Position numbers and translations under genes: made by a program. Source: Lytechinus pictus (lineage: Eukaryota). Taken from it: a stretch of DNA of 64,000 nt. Of the stretch, positions 1-11,300 are shown piece after piece. The stretch's first letter is position 1. Every line of letters starts with the position of its first letter. The stretch is from contig NC_087253.1 in the NCBI RefSeq assembly GCF_037042905.1, positions 21,018,001-21,082,000 on the forward strand, written 5' to 3'. The notes beneath the pieces are model-generated. The model saw nothing but the letters and a program-made list of their open reading frames with translations. It was not told the DNA's origin and did no database searches.

Positions 1-17
1 CTTTAATATAGACCTAC

Positions 18-195
18 CTCCTAATTCCACTTTGCATGTTTGTAGGTGTTTTTGGTGCATCCTGTGATATCTTTGACGTTGTCCATCCTCGACCCCATTT
101 CCTTTGTTGGGATGCTATAAACTGATGATGAATGCCCTTCAAATGCTCCTGAGGTGACAGCATTGTCGTCTTCCCTGGTTCACCATTTGAAATTT
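18..195 (-). CDS. STRA8-like HLH gene, exon after the HLH (EISNGEPGKTTMLSPQEHLKGIHHQFIASQQRKWGRGW...); gene continues beyond the window's left edge
   Basis: Acceptor cataacag| at 196, donor AG|gtaggt at 17. 178 nt, open in phase 1, matching the phase-1 end of the 76-nt exon upstream. Confidence 0.6.
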
Positions 196-906
196 CTGTT
201 ATGAATTAAATTATTACTATTACTCAAGAGATGCATTTGCACTGATTAAATGATAATAATAATATTAATATTATATATCATTATATCCATATCTTATAGG
301 ATGAATAGGGAAATGATCCCCCTAGGTTTTGGAAACTAAGGGGGTAACCGAAGAACTTCCAGTTCTCTGGTTACCTTAAGACCTGCAGTTCATAAATAGT
401 GTGTGAAGTAGCCCTACCAAATCTATGCATTACCACATATACATGTATATTCATGTATTTTCTCAAAACACAACACTTTCAATGGTTGCCAAATATAAAA
501 GATATATTTTGACCTTGTTTGCTGAGTGCCATTTGTAATTCATTTGATTAACAGTTCACGAATGAGTGAATAGGAATTATATTATTGTGTCATTGTAATC
601 TTCCGCAGTTGGCTTCAGGGGTGTGTTCATAAGATGAGGTAATAGTCTGAAGGACTCATCTCTCATAAAGTGGAAGAAAAGCTTTTGTGCAATCTAATCC
701 CTTTATAAAAGTGAGCATTACTGGCCCAGCACTAATAAATTTCTGACTTTTCTGTGTCATATATAGCTCCATGACCTATCCACACATATAAACCTTACAT
801 TCCGGATCATGTATTTTTATTAACTACTACTACTACTGTTAATTTGAGGGGATGGATTGGCTAAGTGTACGCCATCTAGGGTTCCATACATAGAAATGCT
901 TCCAGA

Positions 907-1123
907 CAGGGGCGGATCCAGGATTTTTTTCAAAAGGGGGGGCACATTTTCCCCCTTGAAGGAAAAATTTGACAAAAAAAAAAAAAAAAAAAAGGTCTTC
1001 ACTTTCGAAAGGGGGGGGGGGGGGCACACTTATATTTTAACTGCATTTTTGCATAACAAATTTTTATTGTGCCTCTCAAAGGGGGGGGGGGGACGGCTGT
1101 GCCCCCCCTTGGATCCGCCAGTG
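907..1123. mobile_element. hAT-type MITE (CAGGGGCGGATCC...GGATCCGCCAGTG)
   Basis: TIRs plus 8-bp TSD cttccaga/cgtccaga; family copies at 22288-22520 and 24300-24494. Confidence 0.8.
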
Positions 1124-1278
1124 CGTCCAGACAACTCTATCCAGCATGGCTATTGAGGCTCATGTCTTTTTTTAGAACAAAGTGGCCCGACTTCTCCCTC
1201 TTTTTGCTGTGCCCTCTTAAGGCTCCCAGAGAATAGTGAGATTTTCTATTAATCTTTACTGATAATGATCATACTTGC

Positions 1279-1354
1279 CTTTTGTTTGTTGCAGTGCTAC
1301 TAGAATACCCTCCAAGTATTTAATCCTCATATAGGACTCCTGCAAGATGGACTC
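1279..1354 (-). CDS. STRA8: STRA8-like HLH gene, helix-2 exon (ESILQESYMRIKYLEGILVALQQTK), GC-AG donor
   Basis: Acceptor tttttgtag| in phase 0, donor AAAG|gcaagt. Helix-2 pattern ILxxxxxxIxxLExxLxxL continues the HLH from exon 2135-2284. Confidence 0.65.
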
Positions 1355-1439
1355 CTACAAAAAAGACAATAATCAATAAATCAATTAAACAAAGCGAGTA
1401 AAATAGACACTTTAGTCTTCAGACCTAAAATGTTGTCAA

Positions 1440-1890
1440 ATTAAAAATTTTGTTCATTTGAATTAATAGAGAAAAATCAATTAAAAAAAATCTTTAAGAT
1501 CGGATGTACATTAAGAAAGTTATGACATTTTTAAGTTTTGCTTACGGTATTTTTCACAAAACAGTTATATGCACAACTTAGTGATATGCATATGAGAGAG
1601 TCAATGATGTCCCTCACTCACCATATTTTTTATTGATTGATTTGTATATTTCAATTTTTACACATTTGACAATAAGGACCAACTTTACTTTAATAACCAT
1701 ATACTGTTAAAATAATGGTAATTCCACATGTTATTAGGAGGAATAACATTTTGATTTACATGACAATGAGGAAAAAAACATAATTTTTCATATTTTATAT
1801 AATAAAATACAAAAGAAATAGTGAGTGATGTCATCAGTCTGCTCATTTGCACACCAATCAGGATGTGCATATAACTGTTTTGTGAGGAAA
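1440..1890. mobile_element. Partial Kolobok/T2-type MITE
   Basis: Interior homologous to 20584-21150 and 49168-49762. Confidence 0.65.
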
Positions 1891-2134
1891 AGAAAACCTT
1901 ATTTTGTGATAGATTTTGCAATAATATCCAGAATGTAATAGTAAGGCCTGCTGGGAGAACAGTTTTTAGAACTGAACTGGCTACCTTTGGTGAATATACC
2001 GTTATTACTGTTATCATTTTCATTACCTTTTAATTTTGTTTCCATTCCTTTATTCTTCTTCATCCATTTTCCCTGAAGTCAAATAATTTTTTCCCAAGCC
2101 CTCCTCTTACAGCTGTACACCCAATGTTTCTTAC

Positions 2135-2284
2135 CTTTGAAACCTTTTCCTGACTTCCTGATGCATAAACTTGCTCTTTGAGTAGATCAAATCCAGCACT
2201 GATGTTGGCCCGACATTTGGCATCAGACTCTCTTCGTTTAATCTTCTTATTTTCATCATTCTCCGGACTATCACATTGGCTACT
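2135..2284 (-). CDS. STRA8: STRA8-like HLH gene, basic/helix-1/loop exon (SSQCDSPENDENKKIKRRESDAKCRANISAGFDLLKEQVYASGSQEKVSK)
   Basis: Acceptor tttctttctcacag|, donor AAG|gtaag, 150 nt phase 0-0. RRxSxAKxRAxIxxxFxxLKxxVY...SK matches the recalled STRA8 HLH RRLSQARHRATLAALFNNLRKTVYSQSDLIASK. Confidence 0.7.
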
Positions 2285-2553
2285 CTGTGAGAAAGAAATC
2301 AGAGGGGTGTCATTTATCAATCTGAAAGTCATTCTTAAAAAAGAATTCTGTTCATAAAGAACAGACTGGAATATTGAAAATCAATCATTTTTTTTCAATT
2401 TGGCCATTTGTTTTTCCTATAATCTTCATTATAAAGCATGCCTCTTTCATCAATTTTTGGACGGCTTTTAAGCTTCACTCTAGATGGTTTTATACACCCA
2501 GCCCCTAGGAGTTTTGATAACAGAACCTCATTTTACAAAGAGCTATTACTGAT

Positions 2554-2714
2554 CAGGGGCCTGTTTCATAAAGAGTTGCAACTGTTGTAACTTTGCCATT
2601 ATGGCAACTACCATGGCAACAGGGCTTAACAGCCAATCAAAATCAAGGTTACCATGGTAGTTGCCATAATGGCAAAGTTACAGCAGTTGTAACTCTTTAT
2701 GAAACGGGCCCCTG
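2554..2714. mobile_element. Palindromic MITE (PIF/Harbinger-like ends) with central CCAAT
   Basis: About 60-bp inverted arms GGGCCTGTTTCATAAAG...CTTTATGAAACGGGCCC flanked by CAG/CTG; partial copy at 54678-54802. Confidence 0.75.
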
Positions 2715-3261
2715 ATCAATCTCAACTATGTCAACTAGGCAACTGATATGTGTTATCTACAGTAGATATTAAAGTATAGAGTATCGAAGTGGTGATGTCA
2801 CAATTTTTTTTTATTTCAGCATTTTTTATACCATATTCTGGTAGAGCATGATGAAACACTTCACTTTCAAAATTTGGTGAGAATTGGTCCATGGGGGCTT
2901 GAGATATTACCTCATTGGCCTGGTTCCTAACTTTTAGAACCAGGCCAATACATACATTGACTTCAATGGGGCTAATTATGTATTCATGAGGTCATACATG
3001 TATCTCCCACCAAATTTGGGTTGTGGGGGTTCTTCATCATGCTTTACCAAAATATGGTATAAAAAAGGCTGTAATGCAAAAAGTGAAAATTGATGACCTC
3101 ACACTTCAAATTGGAAGGTGTTTACAAACTCAAGTGTTTTTCATGAAAAATTAGCTCTTAACCAATCAGATTTTCACTATCTTATAACACTAGTTTTTTT
3201 CTTGATAGTACAGTGCATCATGGCCTAAAACACTTAAGACTTATCTTTAGTAGATATAGAG

Positions 3262-5883
3262 CATGATCGGTTAAGGGTTAGCATTGAGGTGAAATTTTTT
3301 AGGTATTTCTATCAAAATTGCTTTTAAAATAATCTTTGATATCTCAGGTTTCAAAGCACTTAGTTTAAGGAAGATTGATGATTCCGAAAGTACTGGAATA
3401 GTCCATTTTATTCATGGGGGTGCTGTTACCTCTCATCACGGACGGACATTTTTACTTAAAATAAATTCACTCTAGTTTTATGGTTTTTAAAGTTACTCTT
3501 ATTTGGTTTGGATGTTCTTGCACTCTGAACAGTAATCTATTATCAAACATAAAATAGTAGAAAAAAAATATTGGGAAGTAATTTTTTTGGTAGGTGTTAA
3601 CATTTCCATTTTGAAATTTCCGTCTGTGATGGGAAAAAAGATGAAAAGTTTTGTTATTCTTTATCAGAATTAAAATAAAAAATAAAAAGGTGTAGAGGTA
3701 TCTCACTAAACACTGTACATCATTTTATTTGAACATAGCTGAAATCCATACATTTTATCCATATCATAAACTCAATAAAAAATGATCACGGACGGACATT
3801 AATTTCATCACAGACGGACAAAGTAATTTCACTCAAATTCAATTCACTCTAGTTTTATTGTTTCCAAAGTTACTCTAATTTGGTTTGGATGTTCTTGCAC
3901 TCTGAACATTAATCTATCATCAAACATAAATTAGAAAAAAAAAATATGGGAAGTAAATCTTTCTGGTAGATGTTAACATTTCCATTTTGAAATTTCCGTC
4001 CGTGATGAAATTAATGTCCGTCCGTGATCATTTTTTATTGAGTTCATGAATGGATAATATGTATGGATTAAGTTTTTTATTCTTTATCAGAATAGAAACA
4101 AAAATAATAGTGTGTAGAAGTATGTCACTAGACACTGTACATCATTTTATTTGAACATAGATAAAATCCATACATTTTATGCATATCATAAATCAATCAA
4201 AAATGACCACGGACGGACATTAATTTCATCATGGACGAACAAGTGAGCAACATAAGCTAATACTGTGGAACGATCCATACACGCAAATGAGAAACTTTGC
4301 TGAGCAGATTATGAATTTAATTTTAGTTTCAATTTGCAGTGAAAAATGGCACTGAGAATTATTCAGAACTCAAATTGATGGAAACCTACAACTCTTCACA
4401 ATTTTTTGTGATATCTTTGTTTGGCTGTTATTGGGGGTTAATTGTTGTCAGGAAAAATTGTTAAACATAATTGGAATGCAGAATTGGGTAAGGGTTAGGG
4501 TTAGAATCTATGGAAAGCTACATGTATGCCAAAAAAGTAGGAAATAAAGTATGGCAAGAACAAGTCCAAAACTGTAGATTTCATCAATACAAGCTTGCAG
4601 AAAGTGATGTAAAAGAAGAAGGTAGAATGCATAATCTGATAAGCAGAAAAATCATCAATTTTTTCCATGTATAAATCTATGGATTCACAATGCTTCTAAC
4701 AGAACATGACACCACAGTCTTTAGGCTTGTGAAAAGTACAAGAATACCTTTTTTCAAAGTTCTTTTTTGCAGCTAATTTTATTAAAGCAAATTGCTTATC
4801 TGGTAAACTGTGAAAATGCATACTATTTATAAAGCTTGCACTACATTGTTTAGAAGTTTAATAAGTTTTTGATTGGTATATGATTTATCAATTTCAATTT
4901 TGGATACGGTCAGGGCCTAAATACATGAGGGTTGTTTCCCCTTTAATATGGACAAAAGATGAAAGCCTCTGACAAGTGTTGTGGTCATACTTGATCCACC
5001 AAACAAGCATAAGGATCAGCAACCTGTGAATCTTTTGAATTTAGTTAAGGAATCTAAAAGACATCTTTGCTCTGGAAAATTAATGCCTAAAAATGTATTA
5101 ACATGTATCATCATGATATATCATAAAATACTTGTATCAAGATTCAACATAATCATTGATCAACTAGATGTTGATTTGGTACCTACCAGTATTCTATCAT
5201 TTGAAAGAAGACAATGTGCATTAGGACATTCTTTACATTTGATTTTGACAAGAAATGTGTTTAAAGCAATCATATTTGCAGATTATACTGTGCGTCTAGC
5301 ATAGAAATCAAGTTGCTACAACTTAAATCAAGTTGTAGCAACTTGATTGAAGTTGTAGCAACTTGATCGTGCAACTATAATACTGTTTAATCATATTTAA
5401 AAATGTACAAATCATCAATACAATAGCATTTGTTCCCCCAAAATGTAATAACAACTTCTTACAAGGTACTTTCAATGTATTTTAATTGTGTCTGTCCGTG
5501 ATGGAAAATGTTTGCAATTCTCTCAGAAGTTTGATATTGGTTAATAATTCAATATGCTGAACATAGAAGCTAACATACCTGAGTATTAGTTGCATTAATA
5601 ATTATTGGTCAATGTTAAGCTATTTAGATAGAAACAATAAAAATGTACAAAATTCTGAAAACCACATTTCTATCATGTCCGTCCGTGATATGGCACATTA
5701 AGTGGATACCTATGTTTGTAGGTAACCATGGCCACAAACTTTTTTTATCATTCAGCATACTTGGTCCTACCCTTCACTATAAAACACAAAGGAACCTTGT
5801 TCATCTAATTCCTAATTTGTTACAAGCCTTCAAAATTTTCAAAATCTATCAAATGTCCGTCCGTGATGAACCGATCACGGGTA
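3262..5883. repeat. Probable non-autonomous DNA transposon with iterated TCACGGACGGACA motif and internal duplication
   Basis: About 10 motif copies in both orientations; 3465-3830 duplicated at 3843-4245; end similarity CATGATCGGTT / AACCGATCACG. Confidence 0.55.
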
Positions 5884-6543
5884 ATATGGAGGTCTTTAAA
5901 AAGTCAGTGATTTTCATCAATTAATTTTTGGCAAATCAAACTCATAAATTTTTGCTATCTTATAATATTTATCTTTGTTCTTGATAGTGCATCATTACTC
6001 ACATCATTGACATTTTTTGTTATCTTAATAAAGTATTGGTGAGATCTTCACAAAGTCGGTGTGTGAAATGTTCATTAATAACTTTAGCTCTTAATCGTAT
6101 TCATGAATTTTCACTACTTATCTTGTTACATAACATAAGGTTACATTAGGTTCAGTCCTATATGCAGGATCTTCTGTTTCTCTATTTTCAGCTCCTGGTG
6201 ATATACAGTGACGTCTGAAGAATTGGCGTGGTCCTGGGGAAGAACCTTGTAACACTTTATAGATCTATCTACATTCCTAATAGTGAAGTTATTTACAGTA
6301 GATATTTAATGGAGTGGAGCAAAGTACCAGTAGTAGGCCTATACATGTATGTTTGGACAAGGCTGCTTTTCATCATAGAGCATATTTCAATGTTACATTA
6401 AAAATGGGGAAAATAAAAAAGGCACAAAATATGATAAAGGGCACGGCAAATTAGAGCAGCATCAAGTTCAATCAACATGGTATCCAAGGCTTTCTAAGCC
6501 TTGATGACCTTGGAAAAATTTCAGCTTTACTTTTATGACTTAC

Positions 6544-6606
6544 CAATTCTGCTATTTGAAGCTGAGGCTCATCACTTGATGTGTCCATTCCTTCATGCTG
6601 GTCCAT
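6544..6606 (-). CDS. Probable first coding exon of the STRA8-like gene (MDQHEGMDTSSDEPQLQIAEL)
   Basis: Acceptor ttgatag| at 6612, ATG 5 nt inside, strong donor TTG|gtaagt in phase 0, compatible with exon 2135-2284. Confidence 0.5.
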
Positions 6607-7919
6607 AGTTGCTATCAAATACAATGCATGTGAAATATAATGATGAATTTATTTTTTATTTCTGGATAAAAATCGGTGGTCTAGGCTTAGATCTAATATC
6701 ATCTCCATTCAGATGTCTGTTTAATATATCTACTGTAATTCTAGATCTACATGTATTTAGTTAGAAATTCAATTTATAGACAGGAATAACCATCGTTTCT
6801 GGGGATTTATTCAACAATTTCTGATATTTTATTGTCATCCCCATGTATTGGTGAGCGGAGCAAATGTAGTTCAGCGGAAAAACCAATACGTTCGTTGTAA
6901 TAGAGACTGAAGGTTTTGGTCTATTTAATTCATCGACATCGTGCAGCAAATATTTTTAATTTGCAATTTTCATAGCCAAGCCCTGGGGTCCAAACGTTAC
7001 TAGATCTTTACCTTGGCTTTTCCTTTTAACTATAAACTTAGTTTTAGACCATAACTATTAAAGCAAGGTTCTTCTAAGTTTAAGATTTATGTTACTGTTA
7101 GACTAGATCTAACGTTAGATATAGAAGTAGCCTAGATCTAGTCTAAATTAATATTAGGATGATTTATAGACAGCTGCTGTCCGTTTGTTAAGAGGAGTTT
7201 AAAAAACTTTTGTGTTTTGTTTCTCCTATCCCCCCCTTGGCTTAACGTTAGATCTAGACCCAGGTACATGTAAGTTAGACTACGCAGTACGCTACGGCTA
7301 CGCAACAGATCTACTGCTAACGAGTCTTGGGCTCCGGCCCGCAAAGGCAAAGCGGGCAGTAGACAGGAATAACCGTCGTTTCTGGGGATTTATTCAACAA
7401 TTTCTGACATGGTGAGTGAGCCAACGCAGTTCAGCGGAACAACCAAAATACAGAGACTGAAGCTCCCTGGGTTAATCTAGATCTAGCCTAATTCACATAG
7501 CCATAGGCCTAGACCATACCCATAGATTAGTTCCAGTCACCTAGGCTAACAGTAACAAGTAAACATGATTAAATCAAACTTAGTCATAGATCTAACTTTT
7601 AGATCTAGGGCTAGGCCTAGGTCTGTTAGATCAGTCGCAAAGGCAAAGCAGGCAAGGACAATGTAATAGTGTAACTAAGTACCGTAAGTTAGGCATGGAC
7701 TTCCTTTTTCATGTTTTTTTTTGCTCCCGTGTCGCCGTTGACCATCTCTTTTTACAATTAGAAATTAAAGTCCAGTCTGTAACTTAATACTGGACATGAT
7801 CTAAAAAAGGGATCTAACATGTTACTAATTGGTAGGCCTTAAGGCTTAAGAACAAGATCTACCTCAAGTGATGTTCGTGTAGGCTCCACTCCACTTCAGT
7901 CTTCACTAGGCCCTAGTAT

Positions 7920-8392
7920 GGTAGTGGATCGTATTACCGAACACTTTTCATGAATTTGATCATATCAAACACATTATTCCAATAAAATTCACAAAACTTT
8001 CACCATAAATACACAAATACCTACAAAATATAAATATGCGGAAATTTTGCCGAAATTGTTTTTCGTTTTTCGACATCAGCTTCCAATCGGACCTCTCTTC
8101 GCAAGTGAAATATTTTGGTCACTTGAAAAAGGTATCGTATTACCGAACGTGTGTTTTCTATGGGAAAAGTTAGGAAAACAACAAAGTCACTGATGAGCTA
8201 TTTTGACCATATTTTATTGTTTTAGGATATAAAGACTTCGAAATTGTGTTTTTGATAATTTTTCATAATTTTTCTATTCAATTTCCCTTTGGAAGGATGT
8301 AGCAAAGGTTTGAGCATATTTGATTATTTTCTGACGCATATGACGTGCGCGTTCGGTAATACAAGGCCGGTCGGTAATACCATCACTCACTA
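7920..8392. mobile_element. MITE with GTATTACCGA(AC) inverted subterminal repeats
   Basis: Two forward copies on the left, two inverted TCGGTAATAC copies on the right. Confidence 0.55.
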
Positions 8393-8394
8393 TA

Positions 8395-11300
8395 CCGTAC
8401 GCTGCCCAATCGTCGCTCAGTTTACGTATTTTCCTTTATGTTTCATTCAATTAGCTATGATACCCTTACTTCTTTATGTCAACTGAAAGAGAAAATACTG
8501 GAAAATTGTTTCATAGGATAATAATTATATATCTTCAAAGCACCGCTGTGTAATTCTCCGTTTTCGGCACCCCTTGCGCCTGTCCCATTCGCCGCTCACC
8601 ACTGCCCTAACTCCGCTCACTTAGCGCGCGCATTCATACATGTAGTTTATAAGGCCTGATACTGTCTAACTCTTTTTTCTACCCTTTTTTCTTGCACTTC
8701 TGAGTGAGAAAGTGTGTAATTTTGTTGTGATTAAATGTATTGTTTACAAGTTTTATAGTACTATACACTGTATAAAATGTTTCTTTCGCCAAGTGCAATT
8801 ATTTTTAGGGCCTCAAACTTTTTGTTACTGATCTACGCCTATATATCATTTTTTGTTATCCTCCAAACATATATTCCGTATTTTTTATAAAATACATATT
8901 TTCAAAAAACCTTTCCCGACAAAATTTTAACTGATTTCAATTATCTAATAATATGAATATGATTCTAATCCATTCATGAATTTTATGAGTATATTATTAT
9001 TTATTTATTTATTTCGGAAATGAAAAGTATATGAAATTGGAACAATTAATGTAATACAACATTAACAGAGTATAGATTGAGCACCCACTGGGTCAAATAA
9101 ATTACTGTTGTCAATAAAGACCATGACCCTAACCAGTGCTATAATAAGGGTGCTTAAATAAAATCGGAAGTGGATAAAAGAGTCAGCATGAACAAAAATG
9201 TTTAAAGAACAATATATATAATATAATAACATGCTTGATATAGTTAAGTTAACTTAATTAACTTAAAATATCAATATTGATGAATCTACATTCTTATAAA
9301 TAAAACGCTATAAAGCTCTTTTAGCACATTCGCCATTCAAAGTAATCATTTTCGCCACTCATCCAACTTGAGTGCCCCCCCCCCTTGTTGTCCCTTCCGC
9401 TCATCGCCCCCTGATGCCATCGACCATTGATTTCCATTATTATTATTATTTTTTTTTGAAATAATTATTTGCATCCTCCTCCAAGTTCTAATTCAAATTT
9501 GTTGCTTTTACACTGTCTTGACTCATTATTTATCAAGTATGTATTCGTGTATCCCACTTTTTTGTTTACTCTACTTTTTCTTGTCGTATTGATATTTTAT
9601 GGGACTCTCACTGCATATTCGTATGTCTGTATTATCGATCATATTGAATATGTATTGTTACTTTGATTATATTTTGAAAAAATTGTTGAACGGAAATAAA
9701 ATCTAAATCAAAATCTAAATCTATTCTTTGGAGCCTTCAACCAACAAGCTTTGCTTTTACTTTTAGCTCCCTCATATCCACATCTCTCATTTTCTTTCTT
9801 TGTCATAATTTTAGAACCAATTACAAGAATACATTCTAGTACTTTTTTCTATTGTTATATTATGTATACATTTCATATTTTAACGATGTTTATTTATGCT
9901 TATCTATGAAAACTTGTATTGTATAATATTATTGTTTGTATTGAATTCTTGATTTTTTGAAAATGTGAAATGTTGATGTGCATAAACCTTGAGCCCTGAA
10001 CTCCGATAATATTTTTTGGGGATTCCCTTATATTGACTTTCATTAAAAAAAAGCTAATCTTGAAAAAAAAACAATAAATATTTAATCACCTCGCTGGTTT
10101 AAGTTCATATTCGAACTCCCATCAATAATATAGGAGAGGGGAAAAGGCACTCAAGAAAATTCTATTTGTTCAAAATAAATTGGTCAATTTAAATCCTGTT
10201 CCGTTTTCAAACAAAACACAATAAAAAAAGGAAATCTCCAGAAACATGACAAAGTTTCATCTATTCAAATCAATCAGGAAACTACTGACCGAGTTCAAAA
10301 GGCCTATATAGGCCCATTAGTGGGAGATTTTTTCTTATTTATTCATTTAAATTCTTTATTTTATTTAGATTTTTAGATATGAATCAGATAGGCATGCAGA
10401 TAATGCGTATGGGCCTAACATAAAATAAATGTATCATTAGGCTCATAAGTTATCACATATAGGCCTAATTACACATCTATTTGAGGTGACGTGTATAAAA
10501 TCCTTGTTTTATTCCAATTAAATTATCCATAAATTTCATACTCTGAGTAAATGATATTGGTTATCATCAAAATATGAATACGCCACATAAAAAAACCAGT
10601 ATTACGATCGATAATTGCCTAGAAGACATGCCAGGGGCCGCGGAACCGGGGGAGGGGCTTCACCCCAGAACAAAAAAAAACTATCCCTATATCTCCAAGT
10701 TGTTTGTACGTCGGTATTTAGTGATAAACATCGAAGTCTCATTTTTTAGCATTGATGACCCTACGATTCGTTCTAGAGCAAGATAATTTTTGTAAAACTT
10801 TTTCCCACACACTTTGGGCTGGGACAATGATTACAATTAAATCTCGAAATATTTCTGGTGAACAGTGACAAACTCTTTTGATCATCTTTCAACATTTCTG
10901 TAAACGTCAGCTTATCTGCCTGCTCCATGATAAATCGTGACCGAGGGGGTTTTATTTGCCGTCACCCTCAGCTAAAGGGAGAGAGAGGGGGAGATAGAGA
11001 AGCAATCATAGGAGAAGTGAGAGAGGAAAATGTAAAAGAGTAATAAAGAAGAAAAATGGCCGCGTCGCAAAAAAGACAACGGAAGAGGTATCAATCAAGG
11101 CCGGAATATAGGAAAATAATGAAATGAAAAAAAAAAATTAAGAGGAAGGAAGAAGACAAGACGAAAATGAGAGTTGGGGGACCGACAAATACCTGTACCC
11201 TTCATTTAGAACAAAATAACTATTCAGCCTGCGCTTCGCGCCCGCATTGCCCGTTTGTTTCATTATTCATGTCTTGTTTTCAAGTCATTCTCGGTTTGTA

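Noticed and set aside
799-875. Possible extra exon of the HLH gene (cctag|...|gtaag)
   Set aside because: Stops in all three frames; exon 195-18 already fits the phase.
6145-6265. Possible additional - strand exon
   Set aside because: Open stretch but weak acceptor and donor, and not needed for frame continuity.
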